Part shown: one piece after another, positions 55,261-63,935 of the stretch
Layout: the number at the start of each line of letters is the position of its first letter
How positions within the stretch are numbered: position 1 is the first letter of the stretch
Virus record (IMG/VR): IMGVR_UViG_3300031414_000008
Location: 32,001-96,000 of that record
Direction: 5' to 3' (one strand)
DNA length: 64,000 bases
Source: a virus
Position numbers and translations under genes: made by a program
Notes under the pieces: generated by a model
Told to the model about the DNA's origin: nothing
Database searches by the model: none
Seen by the model: only the letters and a program-made list of their open reading frames with translations

Positions 55261-55889
55261 AGATTATCGCGAAGATGTGGCATTCGCTCCTGGACACTGA
55301 TGGCCAGAAGTGGGTGCTCGCAGAGCATTTACCGGAACTAAAGGACCCAGCGATTCAGTCTGGGATTATCAACCTGGAAGACCTCCCAGCTCTACTCGAG
55401 AGACACGGGCTAGAAGGGGTCTACAACGCGTTCTACGAGGAGATCTACCGTGACTGGCACGTGTGGTTCGACTCGAGATCAAAAGTCCCTGAGGGCCCTT
55501 CTAGAGGCTCTAATAGGGAGGCATTGCAAGTACTTGATAAAGCGCTAGTAATTTACGAACGCTATTATGCCATTCAATCGGGAAAGGATTGCCCGATCAC
55601 GATGGACTATCTCTACACACACTTCATGCAAATCATGGGTCTTGAACGTAATGTTGAGTGGGACGATCTGTCCCAATGGGAGCTTAACTTACTGACGACG
55701 ATCGAGATGAGCTTTGCTGGGCTGTTACTGTCGTACCTAAGCGGGCCTATGGAAATCGAGCCTGACGATCTGGTGCCGATGGTATTGGCTAAATTGCAGC
55801 AACTCTTCTCTGGTGTCGCCGTCGCCATGACGTATGCGGTGGAAACCATTGCCGATAACTTTAATGAATTTAACGAGGAATACCACTAA
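55257..55889 (+). CDS. Hypothetical protein; C-terminus similar to antirepressor paralogs
   Basis: LSQWELNLLTTIEMSFAGLL..EPDDL. Confidence 0.6.
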   Translation: MKIIAKMWHSLLDTDGQKWVLAEHLPELKDPAIQSGIINLEDLPALLERHGLEGVYNAFYEEIYRDWHVWFDSRSKVPEGPSRGSNREALQVLDKALVIYERYYAIQSGKDCPITMDYLYTHFMQIMGLERNVEWDDLSQWELNLLTTIEMSFAGLLLSYLSGPMEIEPDDLVPMVLAKLQQLFSGVAVAMTYAVETIADNFNEFNEEYH

Positions 55890-56479
55890 TGTACGATATC
55901 TATACGAAGGCACTAGCCGTTCTGGAGGTCCTTGAATGGGCCGAACGTAACCTCCACCGCAACCGCCCGGTTCGCATCGTTCATCGCCTGAAACGTGAAG
56001 GTCTCCTGAAAGAAGGGACCGTGGCGTATCTGGTCGACGCACTGCGTCCGAATGAGGCCCTGCGTTTCCGTAACGCAATGGCCACCATCGAAACCCACAT
56101 GGCACGTCTCAACCCGGTCGATCGTGATTTCGTCCGTATTGAAGGTCCGGCGACGACAGGCTTCTACATGGCCTACTTAGAAGATCACCACAAGATCATC
56201 TACCTGGCGCGTCGTATCTTCATCGGTGAGCGTCGCTTCCCAGGGATTGCCCCGGAACTTGTTGAAGTAGCGTCATCTCTGGTAACATCTGCGGTATGGG
56301 TCGCTAAGGTGCTGTTGCCTGAAGTGGACCCCCTGCTGCGGGGACCAATCACTAGCCGACTCTCAGCACTCCTGTACGCTGCCGAAGTTCGGTTGGAAGG
56401 TACGCCGGCCCCGACAGAGTATCTACACCAGATTCAACGGCTGAATCTAGACATGCAGTCCTCACGGGCAGCGATGTAA
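55889..56479 (+). CDS. Hypothetical protein
   Basis: TAATG coupling. Confidence 0.7.
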   Translation: MYDIYTKALAVLEVLEWAERNLHRNRPVRIVHRLKREGLLKEGTVAYLVDALRPNEALRFRNAMATIETHMARLNPVDRDFVRIEGPATTGFYMAYLEDHHKIIYLARRIFIGERRFPGIAPELVEVASSLVTSAVWVAKVLLPEVDPLLRGPITSRLSALLYAAEVRLEGTPAPTEYLHQIQRLNLDMQSSRAAM

Positions 56480-56483
56480 CACC

Positions 56484-56506
56484 AAGCGGGGATCTCCCCG
56501 CTTTTT
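56484..56506 (+). terminator. Intrinsic terminator
   Basis: aagcgggga-tc-tccccgctt-ttt. Confidence 0.7.
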
Positions 56507-56515
56507 ACGGAGAAA

Positions 56516-57394
56516 ATGATGGAACTCACCCTTAAGAAACCTGAACTTCGCGTCTTCTATTGCTCTGATCTGCACTCTGACTTCTGGAAATACAGCGTCG
56601 CCCCGTTCTTCGACCGTGTGTCTGCGGAGGACTACGACCTCTTCATTTTCGCCGGCGACGTCGGGGAGTGGGTGGATGATAACTGCCGGGAAATCTACGA
56701 GTGCATCCTTGCCCACGGTAAACCAATCCTGATGGTGCCCGGGAACCACGAGTTCTACCGCGGGGAGTACCACAAAGTGATGGACGAACTGGGCAAGTTC
56801 GCTGAAGACAACCCGCTCTTTTACCTCCTTGAGGACAACTTCGTCGACCTGACCGAGCAGAAGATTCGCGTGTGGGGCTCGACGTTCTGGACTGACTTCC
56901 AGGGTGACCCGCTGGCGATCTCCGTGGCGAAGCGTCGCATGAACGATTACCGTCAGATCTACTTCCAGCGTCCGTCAGGTGGTGTGCTGCTCGAGCCGGA
57001 GGATACGGTCGTGATGAATGACCGGGCCCGCACCTCCCTCGTGGAACAGTCTAAGGACCTGCCGGAGGGTTGGCGTCTCGTGGTCGTGACCCATCACGCT
57101 CCGTTCCGAGAGTCGACACCGAAGCAATACCGGATGCCGGAATACATGGAAGGCGCCAAGATGAACAAGGCGTACTCCAACGACCTCTACGACTGGTGTG
57201 AACGCAAGGGTGTCTACCCGGAGCTCTGGATTCACGGGCACATCCATGATCGGGCGAACTATACCGTCGAATGGGATAACGGGAAGGCGTGCACCGTGCA
57301 GTCCAACCCGTTCGGGTATCCGGGCGAACAGAACCATGATGCGATCAAAAAGCACTTCCTGACGTTCTCAAAGAATGGCGTAACGGTGGTATAA
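56516..57394 (+). CDS. Calcineurin-like metallophosphoesterase
   Basis: SDLH, AGD, PGNHE, THHAP, HGHIH. Confidence 0.92.
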   Translation: MMELTLKKPELRVFYCSDLHSDFWKYSVAPFFDRVSAEDYDLFIFAGDVGEWVDDNCREIYECILAHGKPILMVPGNHEFYRGEYHKVMDELGKFAEDNPLFYLLEDNFVDLTEQKIRVWGSTFWTDFQGDPLAISVAKRRMNDYRQIYFQRPSGGVLLEPEDTVVMNDRARTSLVEQSKDLPEGWRLVVVTHHAPFRESTPKQYRMPEYMEGAKMNKAYSNDLYDWCERKGVYPELWIHGHIHDRANYTVEWDNGKACTVQSNPFGYPGEQNHDAIKKHFLTFSKNGVTVV

Positions 57395-57405
57395 GTAAGT
57401 TGTAA
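57388..57405 (+). promoter_or_regulatory. Phage promoter motif
   Basis: ggtataag taagtt gtaa. Confidence 0.7.
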
Positions 57406-57422
57406 ACCACAGGAGAAACATC

Positions 57423-57794
57423 ATGATTACTGCACTAGTATTTACTATCGTGCTGAACGGCGCCGAGGCTAAATTCGGCTATGATTATCCGAATGAAATG
57501 GCCTGCAACTCAGCAATCTCTCGTGTCGCCTTCTCGGGCACCGGGAATCAAAATGTCGAACTGGAGTGTCAACCGACCGTACCGGGTGCACCGGGCGTGA
57601 AGCCGACCTCTGATTGGCAAGCTATTGGCGTCGCTCTGCATGCGAATACTGTGCAGTTCGCCGAACGTCCGATGAACGTCGGTACCTATCCTGACGGTGC
57701 GTCCTGCGAGGAGTTACTCAAACGGGCTACCGTCAAGAAGGCCGGGCTTGGCGGATACGATATTCTCACCATTTGTGTACCTAAGGCTGGATAA
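57423..57794 (+). CDS. Putative exported protein with duplicated Y..C..C.P module
   Basis: Hydrophobic N-terminus; YPNEMAC..CQP and YPDGASC..CVP. Confidence 0.7.
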   Translation: MITALVFTIVLNGAEAKFGYDYPNEMACNSAISRVAFSGTGNQNVELECQPTVPGAPGVKPTSDWQAIGVALHANTVQFAERPMNVGTYPDGASCEELLKRATVKKAGLGGYDILTICVPKAG

Positions 57795-58486
57795 TGAAAT
57801 CGCAAACCTTCCGCCGCGGCGAGCACGTCAGCATTGACGGCGGACCCGGCGTCGTGACCTTCCTGGACGAAACAGGAAGTACGGTCTTCGTTGACATGCG
57901 TAGTCTGATCGAACAGATTGGCCTACCGCTCATCGAAGAGAGTGACCGGTTGCAGAACGACGGGCCTCTTATCGAGGCTCTTCACTTAACGTTCGACTTC
58001 ACGTATCTGAACGGATACAAACAGAAGTCGCTCTTCTGCCCGCTCGATCTCGTCAACGACTACCTTTACTCAGTACCGATCAACAAACTCCGTCCGGATG
58101 CCGCCGGCAACCTGCAGTTCTATCGCCAGCGCTTCGCTATCGAGGCAGACCGTCACTGGTCTCGCCTTGAGAAGTCGGAGGCGGTCAGCAATCCTTTAGA
58201 CTGGGGCCGATTGATCATCGGACAGCGTCGCTATCAGGTAACCCAGGCGGTTAAACCCCTGGACGGTGACGCGGGCGCTGTGTTCGACCTGTGTATCCGA
58301 GCGGTGGCCGATCGGCCGAAGCCAACGGATGCCCTGGATTCCCGGGAGCTCGACCTCTTGGCATTAGCACTCTCACTGTCCCTGGACGTCCTCCGCTTCT
58401 GTATCGAGAACGGTCAAGACTTCGGGACTGCCCTTCAAAACATTCAGGATGGCCTGGAAGAACACATCCGGCCTTGGAATTTCTAA
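57794..58486 (+). CDS. P22 antirepressor N-terminal-domain protein
   Basis: VFVDMRSLIEQIGL..CPLDLVNDYLYSV..LQFYRQ. Confidence 0.7.
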   Translation: MKSQTFRRGEHVSIDGGPGVVTFLDETGSTVFVDMRSLIEQIGLPLIEESDRLQNDGPLIEALHLTFDFTYLNGYKQKSLFCPLDLVNDYLYSVPINKLRPDAAGNLQFYRQRFAIEADRHWSRLEKSEAVSNPLDWGRLIIGQRRYQVTQAVKPLDGDAGAVFDLCIRAVADRPKPTDALDSRELDLLALALSLSLDVLRFCIENGQDFGTALQNIQDGLEEHIRPWNF

Positions 58487-58752
58487 TGGATATGCATTCT
58501 TTCGTTCAACACAAACCGGTATCGGAGGGTCCGGTTCGTCTGGACTCTCTGAAGGAGTATGACTTCTTCCGCAAGAGCCATGATGGCCCGATCTACCGAC
58601 GCCTCTTCAAGCACGGCGATATGATGGCAACCCTGAATACTCGTAACTTGAAGACAATCATGATGGAATTCCACGAACCTGTTTTTGAGGTCATCGTCAA
58701 CGCCATCGAACTGAAAATTCAAATTGTGGATTTCCCATGCAAATCGAAGTGA
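58486..58752 (+). CDS. Hypothetical protein
   Basis: TAATG coupling. Confidence 0.6.
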   Translation: MDMHSFVQHKPVSEGPVRLDSLKEYDFFRKSHDGPIYRRLFKHGDMMATLNTRNLKTIMMEFHEPVFEVIVNAIELKIQIVDFPCKSK

Positions 58753-58804
58753 ATATCAAACCTGCAGAGGTCAAATCTCTCAAACTCGAACTGGAGCTCG
58801 AATA

Positions 58805-59050
58805 ATGCTGCCCCGCTCATTCTGGATTGTCTTCGTCATCTTCTTGTGCCTCTTAGCGTGGGACGCTTGGGCTGACGATAAGAACACGCACTATTGTATT
58901 CAAATGGATAACGGCAGCAAGACGGTGACGCAGTGCCAGAACAGTACGGTTACCATCGTGGACAGTTTCAGCGATAAGGTTGTCGTCTGTTCGACCAACC
59001 CTTCTGAAACCCCTCGTTGCCAGACTTTGGCATTTAAGGAGAAGAAATGA
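58805..59050 (+). CDS. Putative exported Cys-containing protein
   Basis: Signal-like AWA-D; four mature-region Cys. Confidence 0.65.
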   Translation: MLPRSFWIVFVIFLCLLAWDAWADDKNTHYCIQMDNGSKTVTQCQNSTVTIVDSFSDKVVVCSTNPSETPRCQTLAFKEKK

Positions 59051-59289
59051 CGCAGGTTAACACGGACTACGTGAATCTCGGTCCCGAGGTAAAGGCCCTC
59101 ACCGCACTGAAAGTCAACGAGTTTTTCCAGTTCCCGGAGGACGGATGCGTGTACCGCGTGATTCATAAAGGTACCGAGGACGCCCTGTGCCTCGATCTTA
59201 CCGATCTCCGGGCGAGCATCTTCAAGTTGGACATGGACGTTGAACCTCGCGAAGTCAACAAGATCGACATCAAGGTGGAGCTCCTATGA
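59047..59289 (+). CDS. Small hypothetical protein
   Basis: ATGA overlap, AAGGAG SD. Confidence 0.7.
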   Translation: MTQVNTDYVNLGPEVKALTALKVNEFFQFPEDGCVYRVIHKGTEDALCLDLTDLRASIFKLDMDVEPREVNKIDIKVELL

Positions 59290-59888
59290 ACTACGAGATC
59301 CACCTCACGGTACCGGTCGATCCAGAGAAGCCTGAACAGCTCGAGAAGTTCAAGAGCGTGTGTGTGGACCTCGGCGTCAAGGCGATCATCATCGATGCGA
59401 ACCCACTGACTGACGTCATGACCTCCTTCAAGATGCAGACGGACGATCAGAATGCCGTGTTCACGGAGATGGCCCGTCAGATGCTAGTCTTGGGCACCTT
59501 TGGGTTCCGAGCCATCCGGACGAAGGTCGAGACTGACCTGACGCACCCGTCTGCTATGACACCGCTGCCGAATCAGTATTTCGAGTCCCATCTCCAGGTC
59601 TGGGTTCGGGATGATCAGCTTGAGGACTTGAAGGACTTGGCCCATGGCCTGGACTTCTACGTCTCACGCAATGCGTTCAAGGCACCGGTCGACGGGCGTC
59701 ACATTCGCATGATCACCGTACGTCAGTACCACACGACGCCGGATCGCTTCACTACTCGCATCACCGCTCTTCGCAAAGTTCTGCCTGGACAAGGCTATGA
59801 CTTCGCTAAGGATATGGAAATCGAGTTCGCCCTGTTCGATTCAAACTCTTCGCACGACACCCCTTGGATTGAATCTCGGGGGTGGTAA
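59286..59888 (+). CDS. Hypothetical protein with duplicated (Y/F)ExH motif
   Basis: YEIHLTV and FESHLQV. Confidence 0.7.
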   Translation: MNYEIHLTVPVDPEKPEQLEKFKSVCVDLGVKAIIIDANPLTDVMTSFKMQTDDQNAVFTEMARQMLVLGTFGFRAIRTKVETDLTHPSAMTPLPNQYFESHLQVWVRDDQLEDLKDLAHGLDFYVSRNAFKAPVDGRHIRMITVRQYHTTPDRFTTRITALRKVLPGQGYDFAKDMEIEFALFDSNSSHDTPWIESRGW

Positions 59889-59894
59889 ACGCAG

Positions 59895-59914
59895 GGAAGC
59901 TTCGGCTTCCTTTT
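59895..59914 (+). terminator. Intrinsic terminator
   Basis: ggaagc-ttcg-gcttcc-tttt. Confidence 0.8.
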
Positions 59915-59924
59915 AGGAGGAATT

Positions 59925-60125
59925 ATGAGTGTTCACTTAGAGATTTACCTTCGCTTGCGTCAACTGGAGCTCGCCCTGGCAGTACCCGGAGCGCTCGAAA
60001 ACTTACGGGACGTGAACGGTAACGCTCTCGGGTTCACGATCAGGATATCCGAGGCGATTGACAACTACGAGCTGGCCTACCCGTACCTAAAACAACCCTC
60101 CCCTCGGGATAAGCAGTCAATCTGA
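59925..60125 (+). CDS. Hypothetical protein
   Basis: AGGAGG SD. Confidence 0.7.
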   Translation: MSVHLEIYLRLRQLELALAVPGALENLRDVNGNALGFTIRISEAIDNYELAYPYLKQPSPRDKQSI

Positions 60126-60137
60126 CGGACCGACGAT

Positions 60138-60145
60138 GGTATAAG
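60138..60145 (+). promoter_or_regulatory. Phage promoter motif core
   Basis: tggtataag before GGAGG SD. Confidence 0.6.
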
Positions 60146-60161
60146 TATCTTGGAGGTACTT

Positions 60162-61010
60162 ATGATTCCCTATCAACCTGAAGATCTACGAGCGGTCAAT
60201 TTCCATGGCCGTCTCATCTATGTATTGAAGTACCCCGACTGGGAAGAAGAGGCTGTGGTCATCAACCACATCATTGACCAGCTCGGGCTTGGCCACCAGA
60301 AAGAAGACTTACTGTATCAAACCATCTACGACACAAAGTTCCTGACTCAGGTCGTGCACGTGGAAGATCAGGGTACCACCCATGAGCTCGTCGTCGTGCC
60401 GATCACGAAGCTCAACGCGTGGCTGTTCTCACTAAGACTCCAGAAGGATGTCCAACAGATGTGGTTCACCCAAGAGGTGATCACGGAAGATGGCGAGATT
60501 CAGGAGGACCGTGTGAACGTCCTGGAGAACCTGAAACGTTATCAATCTGAGTGTTGTGCCGTGCTGTATTCATATTGGCACAACGGCATGGCGATTAACC
60601 CTAATGCCGGGCAACCGTTCGCGGGGCTCACGAGTCTGTGGCGGGCGGCACGGGTTAACCGGGAGAAAGTGCTGGCGGTATTCTCAGAGTACGCAGAGCA
60701 ACAGGGCGAGGATTACTCGATCAAAACCCTGCGATACGGCGTTAATAACCTGCTCTGTGAGTTCTTCCCACAGTCGCTCGTGATCAAACCTGAGGATTCT
60801 CAGGATGGCTTCGCACTGTATCGTCTGGCTCTGGCCGAAGACTATATCGCACGGTATCTCAACCAAGCGATAGAAGACCAGCTGTCTCCGACGCAGGTTA
60901 TCAGCACGCTGGACACCGATATGATCGCAGCCTTCCACAAGATCGCCGCCGGCTTACTCGAGGCAGTGAACGAGTGGAGCCTGTCAATACCTGGCCAAAA
61001 GCCGGTATAA
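60162..61010 (+). CDS. P22 antirepressor N-terminal-domain protein
   Basis: VNFHG..IIDQLGL..VPITKLNAWLFS..RYQSECCAVLYSYW..G.AINP. Confidence 0.8.
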   Translation: MIPYQPEDLRAVNFHGRLIYVLKYPDWEEEAVVINHIIDQLGLGHQKEDLLYQTIYDTKFLTQVVHVEDQGTTHELVVVPITKLNAWLFSLRLQKDVQQMWFTQEVITEDGEIQEDRVNVLENLKRYQSECCAVLYSYWHNGMAINPNAGQPFAGLTSLWRAARVNREKVLAVFSEYAEQQGEDYSIKTLRYGVNNLLCEFFPQSLVIKPEDSQDGFALYRLALAEDYIARYLNQAIEDQLSPTQVISTLDTDMIAAFHKIAAGLLEAVNEWSLSIPGQKPV

Positions 61011-61021
61011 GAGTTATGTAA
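61004..61021 (+). promoter_or_regulatory. Phage promoter motif
   Basis: ggtataag agttat gtaa. Confidence 0.7.
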
Positions 61022-61064
61022 GGGGACACTGTCGTCCCCTAATTTTTTCAACCAAGGAGACATC

Positions 61065-61841
61065 ATGTCTGTTCATTTCCTTCTGCAACAAATCCACAAA
61101 GTAAACGTTCTGGGCACCACTGTAGCTGTTCTGGTCGACGACAAGGGTAACCCGACGGTAGCCCTGCAGACTATCGTTGACGCGATTGGCCTGCCGTTCG
61201 GTCCTGAATTCGATCGCCTGAAAGCGGACCGTCGCTTCGGTGCTCAGCGCCTGACCGTACGTACCAACCAGGGCGAAACCATCGATGAAGTGGTGCTGCC
61301 GCTGACCAAACTGCACGCCTTCCTGTTCACCGTTGACTCCTCTCAGATCGACGCCGTGGCCGCCGCCCGTCTGGAACTCTTCCAGTTGGAGTGCGTGGAC
61401 GTGCTGAACGACTACTGGAACAAAGGCGTGGCGCTGAACCTGCGTCAGGAGATGGGTAACACTGAAGCGGTTAACTACCGTGACGCCCGTAAGCTGTCCC
61501 GTCCGGCTCTGGTCGAAGCAGTGAAACGTCTGTGCTCCTACGCGACAGCGTCCGGCGTGACTCTGGACGAAGACGATGCGTATCACTCTCTGATCTGCTT
61601 CTGCTGGGACCGTCTGGGTCGTGGCCCGATGAAGGCGGAAACCGAAGAAGTCGACACCAAGTTCTACGGTTACGACTCTTACCTGCTGGCCGCTATGGAG
61701 CGCTCTGCGGTGCGTCTGATCGACCTGGTTATCCAGGAAGAGCAGCCGGTTGGCGAAGTTCTGCAGTATCTGCACGAGCAGATCGAGAATGACCTGGCTA
61801 AGATCGGTGAGCGTGCGTTCGAAGTGCTGGAAGCGAAATAA
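61065..61841 (+). CDS. P22 antirepressor N-terminal-domain protein
   Basis: VALQTIVDAIGL..LPLTKLHAFLFTV..FQLECVDVLNDYWNKG. Confidence 0.82.
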   Translation: MSVHFLLQQIHKVNVLGTTVAVLVDDKGNPTVALQTIVDAIGLPFGPEFDRLKADRRFGAQRLTVRTNQGETIDEVVLPLTKLHAFLFTVDSSQIDAVAAARLELFQLECVDVLNDYWNKGVALNLRQEMGNTEAVNYRDARKLSRPALVEAVKRLCSYATASGVTLDEDDAYHSLICFCWDRLGRGPMKAETEEVDTKFYGYDSYLLAAMERSAVRLIDLVIQEEQPVGEVLQYLHEQIENDLAKIGERAFEVLEAK

Positions 61842-61847
61842 TACACT

Positions 61848-61873
61848 GGGAGCGGCCTTCGGGTCGCTCCCTT
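61848..61873 (+). terminator. UUCG hairpin / terminator
   Basis: gggagcggcc-ttcg-ggtcgctccc-tt. Confidence 0.6.
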
Positions 61874-61904
61874 CCGAAACATGAGTTTTACATTTGGAGT
61901 TTGT

Positions 61905-62690
61905 ATGAAGCAGATCGATTTCTACGGTGATAAATTGGATGTAGTGGACATGGAGGATGGTAAGCCTGGTGTCGCTATGCGTCGCCTTGTCGAAAATCTC
62001 GGACTGGACTGGAAAACACAGCACCGCAAGCTTGAAGACCCGATATATTCGTGTGGTCATATGACCACGCACGACAGTAGTGGCAGAGAGCAGGAAATGT
62101 TAGTGATGCCGGTTAAGTCCATCCCTGCATACCTCTTCTCTATCAATCCGAAAAAGGTTCGTGAAGATCTGCAAGAGAAGCTGGCCTTATATCGTTTGGA
62201 GTGTGTGGACGTTCTGTATAACTACTGGGCTAAAGGATATGCGGTCAACCCTCGTGTCTCTATCGAAGACAACATGATGAGCTTCTACCACACGTCAGGT
62301 GAGTTGGCGGCAGACTTTATGCAGAACATGCTGGATCATACTGCAGAGACGCCTGCTCAGAACGAAATCATCGGCCGCATCATCGGGCATATCCTGACGG
62401 AAGCTTTACGAGCAGAAGATCTCGACTTGCAGAAAAACATCCTGACTCGTGAAGGCAAGACTCGCTATCTGACTCGTACAGAGATGGCTGTAATCTCGGT
62501 TCTGGAGCTTGAGATCGGTGCATGGATCGGCCGAAACCGTAAGCTTCCTCAGAGTGAAATGGAAGTGATGGGGATGGTGAAGGATGTAAGTCTGTTGGCA
62601 GATAACTTAGTGTCAGATGCCCGCTTCATTCTGCGTAGCTACACTGAACGTTTTGATAAGCCACTGAGCTGTTTCTTGGCGAAAGTGTAA
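61905..62690 (+). CDS. P22 antirepressor N-terminal-domain protein
   Basis: IDFYGD..VAMRRLVENLGLDW.TQ.RKL..YLFSINP.KV..YRLECVDVLYNYW.KG.AVNPR. Confidence 0.88.
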   Translation: MKQIDFYGDKLDVVDMEDGKPGVAMRRLVENLGLDWKTQHRKLEDPIYSCGHMTTHDSSGREQEMLVMPVKSIPAYLFSINPKKVREDLQEKLALYRLECVDVLYNYWAKGYAVNPRVSIEDNMMSFYHTSGELAADFMQNMLDHTAETPAQNEIIGRIIGHILTEALRAEDLDLQKNILTREGKTRYLTRTEMAVISVLELEIGAWIGRNRKLPQSEMEVMGMVKDVSLLADNLVSDARFILRSYTERFDKPLSCFLAKV

Positions 62691-62693
62691 AAG

Positions 62694-62718
62694 AAAAGGG
62701 ACCCGAAGGTCCCTTTTT
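62694..62718. terminator. Bidirectional terminator
   Basis: aaaagggacc-cgaa-ggtcccttttt between convergent genes. Confidence 0.85.
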
Positions 62719-62732
62719 AGTAAGCATCGCGA

Positions 62733-63008
62733 TTAAGCGTTGACTGCAGACTTGAAGCCGCGGCCGCTACGGAAGTGCGGAGCCTTACGAGCTTCGATCA
62801 CCAGTGCGTCGCCGGTCTGCGGGTTGCGACCATTACGCTCTGCACGATCACGGCTGGAGAAGGTACCAAAACCGGTGATGCCAACAGTTTCACCTGCAGC
62901 AACCTGACCGACGATACCGTCGAACAGAGCGTTCGCTACCTGAGCAACGCGGGTTTTTGGCAGTTCCAGTTCTTCAGCTACTTTTGCAATCAGTTCGGAC
63001 TTATTCAT
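62733..63008 (-). CDS. hup: HU-family DNA-binding protein
   Basis: MNKSELI..GFGTF..RAERNGRNPQTG..I..P.FR.G..FK. Confidence 0.95.
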   Translation of the reverse strand: MNKSELIAKVAEELELPKTRVAQVANALFDGIVGQVAAGETVGITGFGTFSSRDRAERNGRNPQTGDALVIEARKAPHFRSGRGFKSAVNA

Positions 63009-63043
63009 GAGTTGTCTCCTGTGTATGTTAACTCGATGCAGGG

Positions 63044-63072
63044 ATCATATCGAAAGAAAAGGCTCAGTGCAA
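63044..63072 (-). promoter_or_regulatory. Host sigma70 promoter for HU
   Basis: TTGCAC-17-TATGAT on - strand. Confidence 0.75.
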
Positions 63073-63122
63073 GCCCTTTTTGAAAAAAGTTTACGGGACG
63101 GCATAAATACGCCATTTTTTAG

Positions 63123-63336
63123 CCTCCGTTACACCAAAAGTTACAGAAAAACCCTTGTGTATCAAGGCTTTGAGGCGATTCAAACGTTGTAACTTTTGAA
63201 ACGTCACCCTAAGACATCTATAGGTAGAGTCCTACTATATATATTACGAATGTCTTTTTTAACAAATAAATAATATAGGGAGTCTATAGGGGCTATAGGG
63301 CTGTCTTGAGGTGGGTTTGAACGGTTACAACGTTTG
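63123..63336. repeat. Non-coding AT-rich element, copy 2
   Basis: Offset 31702 from copy 1; IR at 63181-63193 / 63324-63336. Confidence 0.9.
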
Positions 63337-63560
63337 AGCTCCTGACTCTTCGCAACCGGCCGCGGTAAACGTCCAAACGCTTGACGTACGGTGCCCGCAG
63401 TAGTACAGTATCCGGGAAGGAACGCATTCATGGGAGATTGGCTCCGACGCTCACTTCGTGTAAAATAAGGTAGTCAATCATGAATGTTGTTCTCCTTGTT
63501 AAAAACCCCTGCGGGGGTTCTTAGGCCCTCCGGGGCCTTAGTTTTTACTGGAGACTCAAC

Positions 63561-63935
63561 ATGTATCTACTGCTCGCCTTACTCTTCATCAAGCACTTCG
63601 CGTGTGACTACCCGCTTCAATCTCAATGGATGCTTCAGAAAGCTGCTAAGAAAGGCTGGGCCTTCCCGCTCACCGCCCACGCAGCCCTGCACGGTTGGTT
63701 CACCTATATGATCGTCCTCTTCATGACCGTCGCCGCCGATCCCGGGTTCGCTCTCCTCATGGGCTTGATCGATTTCGGTGCTCACTGGGCCATCGACTAC
63801 TGGAAAGCTCAACGAACATCCGCCGAGTTCGGATCCCGGAAGTTCTGGAACTACCTGGGGCTCGACCAGCTACTGCACAATTTGACTTACCTGGCAATCA
63901 TTTTCTGCTATTCCCTTTACATGGCGGGAATTTAA
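63561..63935 (+). CDS. DUF3307-like membrane protein
   Basis: KHF.CDYPLQ..M..K..HA.LH..HW.ID..K..GLDQLLH. Confidence 0.8.
   Translation: MYLLLALLFIKHFACDYPLQSQWMLQKAAKKGWAFPLTAHAALHGWFTYMIVLFMTVAADPGFALLMGLIDFGAHWAIDYWKAQRTSAEFGSRKFWNYLGLDQLLHNLTYLAIIFCYSLYMAGI

Noticed and set aside
63123-63336. Assembly artefact or att site explanation for the duplicated element
   Set aside because: Copies differ at many positions outside the core, and no integrase or prophage boundary is visible.
63204-63431. 75-aa ORF (and 63007-63192) across the repeat element
   Set aside because: No SD, atypical composition, and no equivalent frame in copy 1.
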